Part shown: in pieces, positions 9,741-18,368 of the stretch
How positions within the stretch are numbered: the stretch's first letter is position 1
Layout of the letters: each line of letters begins with the position of its first letter
Sequence record: DRR723986_7470
Reading direction: 5' to 3' (one strand)
Length of the DNA stretch: 48,451 nucleotides
Notes under the pieces: model-generated
Seen by the model: only the letters and a program-made list of their open reading frames with translations
What the model was told of the DNA's origin: nothing
The model's database searches: none
Position numbers and translations under genes: made by a program

Positions 9741-9795
9741 AAAACGGCCGATTTTCAAAAACAGCTGAATCGCTGCCAAAATTTTCTTTGCGGGC

Positions 9796-9822
9796 AAAAA
9801 AAATGGCCCTCGTGGGCCATTT
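9796..9822 (-). terminator. Rho-independent terminator ending the chemosensory operon
   Basis: Minus strand reads AAATGGCCC-ACGA-GGGCCATTTTTTTT, about 22 bp after the stop at 9845. Confidence 0.85.
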
Positions 9823-9844
9823 CCGGTGCCAAAACTTTATCGGC

Positions 9845-10258
9845 TCAATTGGGGATAAGTTCTAGCTGGGGCGGCGATCCGGGCACAGGGCGCATCATCC
9901 GCAGACTGCCGCTGCACTCTGCTGCAAGGTCGGAGGCTTCTTCCACTGAGCGCATGACCATATGCAGGGAGAGCGCCGACCTGCCCTCCGTACTGCCGGC
10001 ACGGCGCTTGATCGTCGCCAGACCGTGATCATCGATATGCCCCAGCACCACTGCGTTCAGCAGGTAGTCACGGATCACCTGCCGATTCACCTGGTCCTGC
10101 AGGTACTGCTGATAACCCTGGTCACCGAACACGCGATTGAGAACCGCTATATCGTCCTCGGTGAGCGGAGCGTCACTGAACGGCGTTTCGGCACCGAAGG
10201 CGTCTTCGATCCCGGCTAATACCTCGTTCATCTGCAACTGATTCTTCCTCGTTTTCAT
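9845..10258 (-). CDS. Hypothetical protein (137 aa), last gene of the chemosensory operon
   Basis: Starts 3 bp after the CheW-like gene stop and is followed by a terminator. Confidence 0.75.
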   Translation of the reverse strand: MKTRKNQLQMNEVLAGIEDAFGAETPFSDAPLTEDDIAVLNRVFGDQGYQQYLQDQVNRQVIRDYLLNAVVLGHIDDHGLATIKRRAGSTEGRSALSLHMVMRSVEEASDLAAECSGSLRMMRPVPGSPPQLELIPN

Positions 10259-10261
10259 TGC

Positions 10262-10714
10262 TCAGGCCTGTCTGGCCATTTCCACCATCCTGCCTTCGAG
10301 CGTGGCAAGGTCCGGCACCTGGTACAGCACGCCGTCCTGGCGAAAAGCGGTCAGGGCATAGTCAGCTGCATCGTCCGCCGCATCCTCTACCGCCTCGGTG
10401 ACGGCCTGAACCCTGAGCCCCGCAGAGCGCAGTACCACACCCCAGTAGGCGATACCCGTTGCCCCCGGGCCCAGCAGTACTGCAATCAATCCTGTGCCGC
10501 CATGCGCGGCGCCCCAGTGAGCGTCATCCCCTGCCTGCAAGTCAAGCACCGGAACCTGTTCACCGCGCCAGGTGATCTGGCGCGGCGGCGCGCTAGCGTC
10601 CGCGGGCCGGGTCACAATTTCAGCAAGACAGTTGTCGGGCACCGCCCACAGGTCACGCTCTGTGCAGGGAAGCACAACGCACTGCGTAGAAGCTGTTTTG
10701 TTCATGGCGTTCAC
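10262..10714 (-). CDS. CheW-like coupling protein (ChpC-like)
   Basis: CVVLP...WAVPDNCLAEIV, ITWRGEQVPVLDL and VYQVPDL-type ending. Overlaps the kinase stop (GTGA). Position after ChpA matches chpC. Confidence 0.75.
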   Translation of the reverse strand: MNAMNKTASTQCVVLPCTERDLWAVPDNCLAEIVTRPADASAPPRQITWRGEQVPVLDLQAGDDAHWGAAHGGTGLIAVLLGPGATGIAYWGVVLRSAGLRVQAVTEAVEDAADDAADYALTAFRQDGVLYQVPDLATLEGRMVEMARQA

Positions 10715-13700
10715 TGCAGGCTCAGCTGCCGACCGGTCAGCTTGTTAATGTCCTGGACCAGTAATGGGAAGTTAAACGGCTTGCCCATATACCCGTTACA
10801 ACCCGCTTCGGCGGCCAGCTTCCGGTGTTTCGACCCGGTCCTGGAGGTGACCATGATCACCGGGATCTGAGCATAGCGCGGCGTCTTGCGCAGTTCTTTC
10901 AGGGTCTGGATACCATCCTTCACTGGCATTTCCACATCCAGCAGGATCACGTCGGGCAAGCGCAGCGAGGCGTTCAACAGTTCCAGCGCGGCCATCCCGT
11001 TTTCCGCGGTGACAGTTTCAACGCCCAGGGTGTCAAATTTGCTGGTCGCCACCATCCGCTGGGTACGCGAATCGTCAACAACCATAACCAGCATCTGTTC
11101 CACCTTTTCCTCGGGCATCGCTACCCGTCTCACGCCATCGGCGGCAAGACTCTCCACCAGCGCATTCAGATCAAGCGCAACAATCGCACGACCATCGGCA
11201 GTCGTCGCGCCGCCCGCCAGACCCGGAACCCGGGCAAACTGTTTGCCCAGGGTACGGATGACCAGCTCCAGCGCCTGTTCCACGTTATCAATTGCAATTG
11301 CCATACAGCGTGAATCCCGCCCGGCCACAATGACCGGTATGGTCGCGCCCCAGGCCTTGCGCTCGGGCATGCTTTCACCATGGCAGATAGTGGCAAGATA
11401 GGCCGGCTCACAGGGCATGCCGAACAGGTCGAGGACCTCATCGTTTTCAATCGCCGTAAAGAAGCGCTCCACCGGAACGTGCTCCACTGCCACCAGCCCG
11501 TCCAGCGGAATGGCATAACTGTGCTCGCCTGCGGCAACCAGCAAGGCACCATTCGCGGTGATATTGGAAGGAATCCTGATGCTGAAAGTCGTACCCTGGC
11601 CAACGGTTGATTCGATATCGATATCCCCGCCAATGTGCTGGAGTTCGCTGAGAACGATATCCATACCCACGCCGCGTCCGGAAACCTCGCTGAGCCGTGC
11701 CGCGGTGGAGAAGCCCTTGTGGAAAATCAGGCGCAGCACCTCGGCTTCGCTCATCGCCTCTAGGTCCAGATCAAGACCCTTGCGATACGCTGTTTCCCGA
11801 ATAACTTCCGGGTCCATTCCCCGGCCGTCATCGGTCAGGCGCATGACGTAATCACCGCCCCGCTTGCTGATATCGATACTGATTCGGCCGCTGCGGGGCT
11901 TACCCAGTGCTACCCGGGTGTCCGGATCCTCGATCCCGTGATCCAGTGCGTTGCGGACCATGTGCTCAAGAATTACCTGGCAGCGATTGTAGTTATCACG
12001 GTCCAGCTTGCCGGTCTCGTTCAGCACCCGGAAAGTAACATCCTTGCCAAGGTCAGCGCCGACTGTCCTGACGATGCGGCGCAAGCCCGGCATCAGTCGG
12101 GAAACCGGTATGACCCGCGCTGCCTGGATCGCCGAGCGCAGGGATGACATCGCGCCATTCTGTTGCTTGAGCAGGGCTTCCACCATCGCATTCTGGCGAC
12201 TGGTGAGCTGGATCAGTTCACTGAGGTCTTCGATCCCCTCGCGCAGTATGCTGGCAGCTTCCTGTAGCTCGGAGTACTGGTCCATTTCCAGCGCGTCGAG
12301 GCTGGAGTTAGCGCGATCGCCGCGGGCGGTCACGTTCATCAATGCCCGATCGGCTACCCGGGTGATATGGGAGCGTACCGAGGACAACCTGCCCTGCAGT
12401 TCCCCGAGGGCCAGCTTGCTGCGAACCGTGCCCTGCGAGGAACGGACCCCGAGCTGCTGAGCCTGGTTGGTAAGGTTCATCAGGTTGTCGACGGCTTCTG
12501 CGCTGAGCCGGATCGTCTGCTGCGCCGCCAGGGCCTTGGCCCCTTCGTCGGCCAGCTTCTTGTCCCTGGCGCGGGTGGTCTCTCTGGAAACTTCCTCAGT
12601 CTCTTCAGCGGGAGCTGCGGCAATCGGCTGGCTGACCGGCTCGCTGACCTGCTGGCCAGGCTCAGCAGCGGCCGCGGTGTCCGGTGCTGCTGCAGGCTCC
12701 CCTGCCGGCAATTCTGATGCAATGTCTGCTCGGCTATCCTGAATAGATTCAAAGCCGCGGACAGCCGCATCAAGCCAGGCGTTGACGATCCTGAAGTAAT
12801 CGCCTGCGGCAGCCGCTTGCGGACGCGGTAACTGCTCGAGCAGCGTCTCAAAATTGTGAATGAGCGTGCCGTACCGTTGCAGGCCAACGCCCTTGGCTAT
12901 GCCTTTAAGGGTATGCAGTATGCGAGGTACCGGCGCGTAGGCTGAATCGGAATCAATGTCCTGCTCCCACTCGCTGATCGCGTCCTCCAGCTTTTCAAGC
13001 TCAAGCGCACCTTCCTCGATAAAGGCATCCAGGAAATCGGCGAAAAGTTCAGCATCGCTCTGGGAGCTGTAACTGAAGGTGATACCAGCAGGTATGCAGG
13101 AGACAGCGCCCACCGGAGAACTGGCGGCCTCAACCGGTACCGCCTGTTCGGGTTCGGACTCAGGCTCAATGACGGACTGCGGTGCGGATGTGTTGCTTAC
13201 TGTGATAGCTGCTACCGGCGGGGTTGGTGAAGCGACCGATGCCGCAGCACTGTCCGCATGATCTACCAGCGAGGGCATATCAAGTTCCGCGGCGAAGTCG
13301 GTTTCTCCCAGGCTCTGCAGCATGGCATCAACATCGGTCTCGGAATTCGAAGACAGCTGCCCGAAGTTGGCGTCATCGATATCCTCGCCAAAAATATCCT
13401 CCGCTTCCAAAACAGCGACGGGGTCACTATCGTGTTCCTGGCTTTGCTCTTCGCCAAATGCTTGTTGCTCAGGCTGCGCGGGGGCGCCCAGATCCATCGG
13501 AGATGCCGCAAGTTCCTCGGCGATGTCGATCTCTTCGGTAGCCGGGACGCTACCGAGATCCCAGTCACTGTCATCAAACAGGAAGTCATCGCCACCGGAT
13601 TCAAGCGCTACCTTGTCCGCAGCCAGCTCCATCGAAGCCGGCTGCATGGCAGCCTCAGATTCCAGAGGATCTTCATCGACATCACCCAGGAAGGATCCCA

Positions 13701-15048
13701 GCTCATCATTGGCGGACATCAGCCCGGCGTCACAATCCGCAGGCGTGTTCAGCAGGCGTTGCTCAACCGGACTGAAAATCGCGTCTGTGTCAGGGCCGAT
13801 ATCCTCTGCCGCCAGTTGCTCACCGTCAGCTGCGCCGTCGTTAGCCGGGTTCATGCTATAAAAGTCGATCGCGGGCAGGTCAGCCAATGCTTCAGGCTCT
13901 GACTCCGCTACAGCGATTGGCGGAATAAAATCATCCTGCAGTACGCGACTCCAGCCGGGATCAGCAGGAGTGGCCAGGACGCGCAGGGCAATGGCATCAA
14001 TCTCGTGCTGACCCAGGCGCTGCAGGCACTGCGGCAGTTGCGGGCTGAGTTCGGTGAGAGACACATAGCCCTGGGCAAGCAGCTCGGTGCTGCTCACCTC
14101 GTCGGTGGCAAGTGAGCAATCCAGCGCCAGCGTGTCTGCGGGAAGCTCGAATTGTTGCAGTACGGCAGCCACGCGCTGCTGGAGGTCGTCCATCAACTCT
14201 CCAAGCAAGGGAGTGACGGCCGCTACAATGCTGGAGGCACGGGCCAGCGGCTGGGCGAAGTCCTGATGGAACTCGATCGCTGTATCCCGCTCGTCTGCTT
14301 CCAGGCTGACCAGCTCTTCCTCAATCCGGTCATCATCAGCCAACTCAGCGACAGCCTCTTCATCCAGTAGTGAATCCAGCGCCGCCTCGTCTTCTTCCAG
14401 CACTAGGTCCAGCACGTCGTCAGCCTGCGCCAGCAGCGACCCACTTTCATCCTCTGCTTCGATAGCTGCAGGCGCGGGAATCACCGGCTCTTCCGCTGGG
14501 CTTGCGATAACGCTGTCAACCACAGCAGGCTCTGGCACCGGGTCCGGCTGGGTAAGCTCTACCGGTTTTGCACTCGGGACCTTCTTGATAACCAGGAAAC
14601 GCTCACCAATATCGTCCTGTTCACGCAGACCGAGGATATCGCTGCCAGAGTGCATCCGCGGCGTGGAAGCTGCCGGCTCCGGCCGCTTTGACCGGTGATC
14701 GACATACATCAGTTGAGCCTGAGCCTGCTCGCGCTCTGCCGGCCTTGATTCATTGCGGTAGATATCGCTGCTCTCGCCAACCGAGGAAACCACGATTTCC
14801 TCTTCGACAATCGCATTCAGTACCGCATCGTCATTACTCCCACGAATAAGTGGGCGCGCCGCCATCGCCGCCTCTGCTTCGGTCAGCTCGGCAAAGTCAT
14901 CCGCTTCCTGGCTAACGGAGAACAGCTTCTCTGACGGCTCGGACATATCCTGCTCCAGCAGCCAGCTGAGCGTTTTTTCCTGCTGCTCGTCTGCCGTTTC
15001 CGCTGCCTCGTTGGCAACCGCCTGGTCCTGCTTTTTTTCAGTCTGCAT
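10711..15048 (-). CDS. CheA/ChpA-like hybrid kinase: long acidic N-terminal region, Hpt, HATPase, CheW, receiver
   Basis: Hpt ILHTLKG; N box EHMVRNALDHGIE; G1 DDGRGMD; F box IFHKGFST; G2 SGRGVGMD; receiver VVDDS...LLDVEMP...MVTS...KPF. Start uncertain (15078, 15054 or 15048; GGAGA precedes 15048). Confidence 0.9.
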   Translation of the reverse strand: MQTEKKQDQAVANEAAETADEQQEKTLSWLLEQDMSEPSEKLFSVSQEADDFAELTEAEAAMAARPLIRGSNDDAVLNAIVEEEIVVSSVGESSDIYRNESRPAEREQAQAQLMYVDHRSKRPEPAASTPRMHSGSDILGLREQDDIGERFLVIKKVPSAKPVELTQPDPVPEPAVVDSVIASPAEEPVIPAPAAIEAEDESGSLLAQADDVLDLVLEEDEAALDSLLDEEAVAELADDDRIEEELVSLEADERDTAIEFHQDFAQPLARASSIVAAVTPLLGELMDDLQQRVAAVLQQFELPADTLALDCSLATDEVSSTELLAQGYVSLTELSPQLPQCLQRLGQHEIDAIALRVLATPADPGWSRVLQDDFIPPIAVAESEPEALADLPAIDFYSMNPANDGAADGEQLAAEDIGPDTDAIFSPVEQRLLNTPADCDAGLMSANDELGSFLGDVDEDPLESEAAMQPASMELAADKVALESGGDDFLFDDSDWDLGSVPATEEIDIAEELAASPMDLGAPAQPEQQAFGEEQSQEHDSDPVAVLEAEDIFGEDIDDANFGQLSSNSETDVDAMLQSLGETDFAAELDMPSLVDHADSAAASVASPTPPVAAITVSNTSAPQSVIEPESEPEQAVPVEAASSPVGAVSCIPAGITFSYSSQSDAELFADFLDAFIEEGALELEKLEDAISEWEQDIDSDSAYAPVPRILHTLKGIAKGVGLQRYGTLIHNFETLLEQLPRPQAAAAGDYFRIVNAWLDAAVRGFESIQDSRADIASELPAGEPAAAPDTAAAAEPGQQVSEPVSQPIAAAPAEETEEVSRETTRARDKKLADEGAKALAAQQTIRLSAEAVDNLMNLTNQAQQLGVRSSQGTVRSKLALGELQGRLSSVRSHITRVADRALMNVTARGDRANSSLDALEMDQYSELQEAASILREGIEDLSELIQLTSRQNAMVEALLKQQNGAMSSLRSAIQAARVIPVSRLMPGLRRIVRTVGADLGKDVTFRVLNETGKLDRDNYNRCQVILEHMVRNALDHGIEDPDTRVALGKPRSGRISIDISKRGGDYVMRLTDDGRGMDPEVIRETAYRKGLDLDLEAMSEAEVLRLIFHKGFSTAARLSEVSGRGVGMDIVLSELQHIGGDIDIESTVGQGTTFSIRIPSNITANGALLVAAGEHSYAIPLDGLVAVEHVPVERFFTAIENDEVLDLFGMPCEPAYLATICHGESMPERKAWGATIPVIVAGRDSRCMAIAIDNVEQALELVIRTLGKQFARVPGLAGGATTADGRAIVALDLNALVESLAADGVRRVAMPEEKVEQMLVMVVDDSRTQRMVATSKFDTLGVETVTAENGMAALELLNASLRLPDVILLDVEMPVKDGIQTLKELRKTPRYAQIPVIMVTSRTGSKHRKLAAEAGCNGYMGKPFNFPLLVQDINKLTGRQLSLQ

Positions 15049-15089
15049 GCTCATTCTCCGTTTCGCGGGTAGTGCCATTCCCTGGCAAG

Positions 15090-17510
15090 CTAGTGATGGC
15101 CCATCGATTGCGACGTCTGCCCCGAAGACTCTGCCGCTGCTGAAGGTTCAGTGACGGCTGCCTCGTCCGGCAGATCATCCGCCAGACCCACGATCGCTTC
15201 GGCTGCCCGGAAGCAGCGGTTGGTCAACTCACGAGTACGTCCCGCGTCGAAATCTCCCGGCGTGCGATAAGAGGCGACCAGCGCGGGCAGGGCCTGCACT
15301 ACGTCCTCGATCAGCGACTCCAGCCGGGCGTCCGCATCGAGTTCTCCTTCGAGTACCCGATCGAGCAAATCCTGTGCTGCCCAGCCCAACTCGCCCAGGA
15401 CATTGGCACCTACCGCACGTCCGTTGCCCTTGAAGGTATGGAAATGACGACGAATATCCCGCAGGTACTCATTGCTGACCGGGTCCTGCAGCCAGAGCGG
15501 GGTCAGCCGTTGCAATTCAGCTACGATTTCTTCTGATTCCTCCAGGAAAACCTCACGAAACTCCGGCGGCAATTCGCCGTCACGCACGTAGCCTGCTGCA
15601 CTGCCGGTCGCGGCGACTGTCGCCGACGCGCCCGGCGACAGGCCGTCAAGGTAAGCTTCTAGTTCGTCCGCACGTTGTTCTGCCAGTGCGATCAAGTGGG
15701 TGGTGTCATCCAGTGGATCGATAATCGACCGCTGCAGGTGCAGCTCGATCTGGGCAAACGCATCGGCAAAGCAGCGGAAGGCCTCATCCTCATGGACACT
15801 GCCTGCCTTACTGGCCGACTCCAGCCAGTCGCGACAGCGCTCGATCACCGTACCCTCTCGCTCCATGCCGGCAAAGGCCAGGGCGCCGGAGATCTCCGAC
15901 AGCAACTGCAGTGACAGGCGGATACCCTTGCGCTCAGGCGTGTCATCAAGCTCCGCCAGGAACTCCCGGGACAGGTCGAACAACAGATCGATATCCGGCT
16001 CCCCGCGATCAGCATCGCTTACCGCAGCGCGCAATGCCTCGTGCCCGCGATCACTCTTGTTGAGATAGCGATGCAGGGCCAGGGTAAGTTGAAGGGTTGT
16101 TTGCTCGTCATAGGGCTTGCGTGCCATCGCCCTGGAGAGGGCCTTGCGCCGCAGAATGGCGTGCAGATAGTTCTCTACCAGCGACATCTGGGCGAATGTC
16201 GCGTTGACCACGCTCTCCCTCAGCTCGAAGTCCTTGCTGGAAAACGAACTGCAGACGCCGTGTTCGAGCTTGTATTCAATGTCGAGTTTAACGTCAACGA
16301 TACTTCTTACGATCGAGGTGATGGCCTGTTCCAGACGCTCAGGTTCGTTGCGATAGCTTCCCTGGTAGACGCGACGCAGGCGCTCTGCGACATCCTCAAG
16401 GGAATCCGCATGGGCGACCTGGCCCGCAGCGTAGAGGCGATGCTGGGCCCGTTCGATCCCTTCGAGGGCAACACTGTCGTCAGGGTCGTCATCCTGGCCC
16501 TCGGCGATCGCCATATCGTTGGTGGTAATGTAATCGACGACCCCGTTGAGATTGTCCAGCGCGCCAGACAACGCGGTTACCAGTGCATCGATATGCACCA
16601 GCCCACTGCGAGACATCTCCAGCACGCTGTCGTCAATTGCAAAGGCTTTGCGAATCGCGGCGATGTGCACCGGGTGCGTCCTGACTGAGGCCATGTAGTA
16701 CAGCATCTGCAACTGGCATTCGTCATAGTCGACCGAGGTGTCAATCGCCGCGCCATTTTCGCGCGCGTACTTGATCATAAACGCGCCGGTTTTAAACAGC
16801 TGGGCAATGCATTCATCGGGTGCAATCAAACCGCCAGCGACGCCCTCGCAGATACCGATGAGAGTGAACCAGAAGCGCTCGGGCGGCGTGCCAGCAAACA
16901 GGGTCTGCATCTTGCGCGATATACGGGCGACAGTTTTCATGCTCTCGCGGGTATTTTGCTTGCGCAGTGCCGCTTTCGCCATTTCAAGGTAGAGGGCGAG
17001 CATGACATTCGCGCGATTCTTGATTTCCTCATCGTTGGCGGGAGTGGCATCAACGGTAATACCAGCGTCGGCAGGAATTTCCATATGGAAAAACAGGCCC
17101 TGCGGGCGCGGCCTTTCACCGACCCAGCGGCGAAGGTCATTCACGTACTGCTCCAGCCCGCGACCGGTATCCTGGCGCGCACTCTGCACATGGGCCAGAT
17201 AAGCAGGCAGTACCTTCAAGGCCTGCATCAGGCCGCCCATGGTGAGCTTGCGCCGCTCCCCTTCCACCTTGTCCTTATAGAGAAAGTTGAGGCTGCGTTC
17301 CATCTCAATGGTGAGCATTTCACCTTTGCGGATGCCAAGGGCCCGCAGCGTCGAGGTAATCTGGTGAACCGCCCACATACACTGCAGCAGCGGCTGCTTC
17401 TGGTTAGCGTCCTTGCTGTACTCGACCAGGGCCTGCTCGGCGTTTTCTGCCTGTTTATTCATCAGGCCGACAACCCACTTCAGGGAAACAATATCGGTTT
17501 TATGTGCCAT
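15090..17510 (-). CDS. ChpA N-terminal/FimL-like protein with C-terminal Hpt domain (no kinase core)
   Basis: N-terminus SLKWVVGLMNKQAENAEQAL...VHQITSTLRALG resembles the ChpA/FimL start. Pseudo-Hpt LSEISGALAFAG. Intact Hpt EVFLEESEE...RRHFHTFKGNGRAVG. Confidence 0.8.
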   Translation of the reverse strand: MAHKTDIVSLKWVVGLMNKQAENAEQALVEYSKDANQKQPLLQCMWAVHQITSTLRALGIRKGEMLTIEMERSLNFLYKDKVEGERRKLTMGGLMQALKVLPAYLAHVQSARQDTGRGLEQYVNDLRRWVGERPRPQGLFFHMEIPADAGITVDATPANDEEIKNRANVMLALYLEMAKAALRKQNTRESMKTVARISRKMQTLFAGTPPERFWFTLIGICEGVAGGLIAPDECIAQLFKTGAFMIKYARENGAAIDTSVDYDECQLQMLYYMASVRTHPVHIAAIRKAFAIDDSVLEMSRSGLVHIDALVTALSGALDNLNGVVDYITTNDMAIAEGQDDDPDDSVALEGIERAQHRLYAAGQVAHADSLEDVAERLRRVYQGSYRNEPERLEQAITSIVRSIVDVKLDIEYKLEHGVCSSFSSKDFELRESVVNATFAQMSLVENYLHAILRRKALSRAMARKPYDEQTTLQLTLALHRYLNKSDRGHEALRAAVSDADRGEPDIDLLFDLSREFLAELDDTPERKGIRLSLQLLSEISGALAFAGMEREGTVIERCRDWLESASKAGSVHEDEAFRCFADAFAQIELHLQRSIIDPLDDTTHLIALAEQRADELEAYLDGLSPGASATVAATGSAAGYVRDGELPPEFREVFLEESEEIVAELQRLTPLWLQDPVSNEYLRDIRRHFHTFKGNGRAVGANVLGELGWAAQDLLDRVLEGELDADARLESLIEDVVQALPALVASYRTPGDFDAGRTRELTNRCFRAAEAIVGLADDLPDEAAVTEPSAAAESSGQTSQSMGHH

Positions 17511-17513
17511 CCC

Positions 17514-18368
17514 CTAAACCTCCACTTTCAGATAGGCGGTAACGCCGCTTTGCGGCACCCGGAACATCGACGGGTGTTGCCAGCACACATCTTCACCAGC
17601 GCCCAGCACCAGCAGACCGCCGGGGCGAGTCCGCTGGACCAGCTGGTCCATGATGTGATGGCGCGTTGCGCGGTCGAAATAAATCAGAACGTTCTGGCAA
17701 AAGACGACGTCGAAATCCGCGAACGGCGCACTGTCTATATGCAGCAGATTGCTGTGAAAGAAATTGGTACGGGCGCGAATCCGGTCGGCAACGGTATAGC
17801 AGCCAGGGCCCGCAGGCTCAGTAAACGCATGCCGATAATGCAGCGGAATACTGTGCAGCGCCTGCTCGGAATACAGCGCCTCGCGCGCGGTGCTCACTGC
17901 GCCAAAACTGACATCGGTGCCGATACCATGCCATTCCACGTTGGCGCGATGCCGGCGGAAGACCCGCTCAGCAACCATACCCAGTGAATACAGCTCCTCC
18001 CCGGTCGCGCAGCCAGCGCTCCAGATCGAGAACTCGGGGCCGACACTATCGTTTTCCAGGCGCTCGTTGAGCGTGGTTTCAATGCAGTCGAAGGCTTCCA
18101 GCTGACGGAAGAACCGGGTCTCCTTGACCGTCAGCAAATCAATCAGGGCCAGCCATTCCGCCCTCGAAGCAATGCTGTCACCCAGCGCTGCAAGGTAGTC
18201 AGCTGGCTCCTGCATGCCCAGCAACTGCATGCGTTGATCGACATGGTCCGCCAGCACCCAGGGAGGACTCTCGATGGTAATGCCTATGCGCGCGCGCAAT
18301 TGCTGCAGCAGACTGGCGACCTGGTCGTCAGTCAAACCGGTGCGACGTTGAAGGGCTGTAGCTCTCAC
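17514..18368 (-). CDS. CheR-family methyltransferase (PilK-like)
   Basis: LTVKETRFFR, IWSAGCATGEELYSL, GTDVS, FDVVFCQNVLIYF. Confidence 0.93.
   Translation of the reverse strand: MRATALQRRTGLTDDQVASLLQQLRARIGITIESPPWVLADHVDQRMQLLGMQEPADYLAALGDSIASRAEWLALIDLLTVKETRFFRQLEAFDCIETTLNERLENDSVGPEFSIWSAGCATGEELYSLGMVAERVFRRHRANVEWHGIGTDVSFGAVSTAREALYSEQALHSIPLHYRHAFTEPAGPGCYTVADRIRARTNFFHSNLLHIDSAPFADFDVVFCQNVLIYFDRATRHHIMDQLVQRTRPGGLLVLGAGEDVCWQHPSMFRVPQSGVTAYLKVEV

Noticed and set aside
15079-15092. Stop-codon readthrough or programmed frameshift joining the two ChpA halves
   Set aside because: The ORFs are in different frames, I see no slippery sequence, and the downstream ORF has its own RBS.
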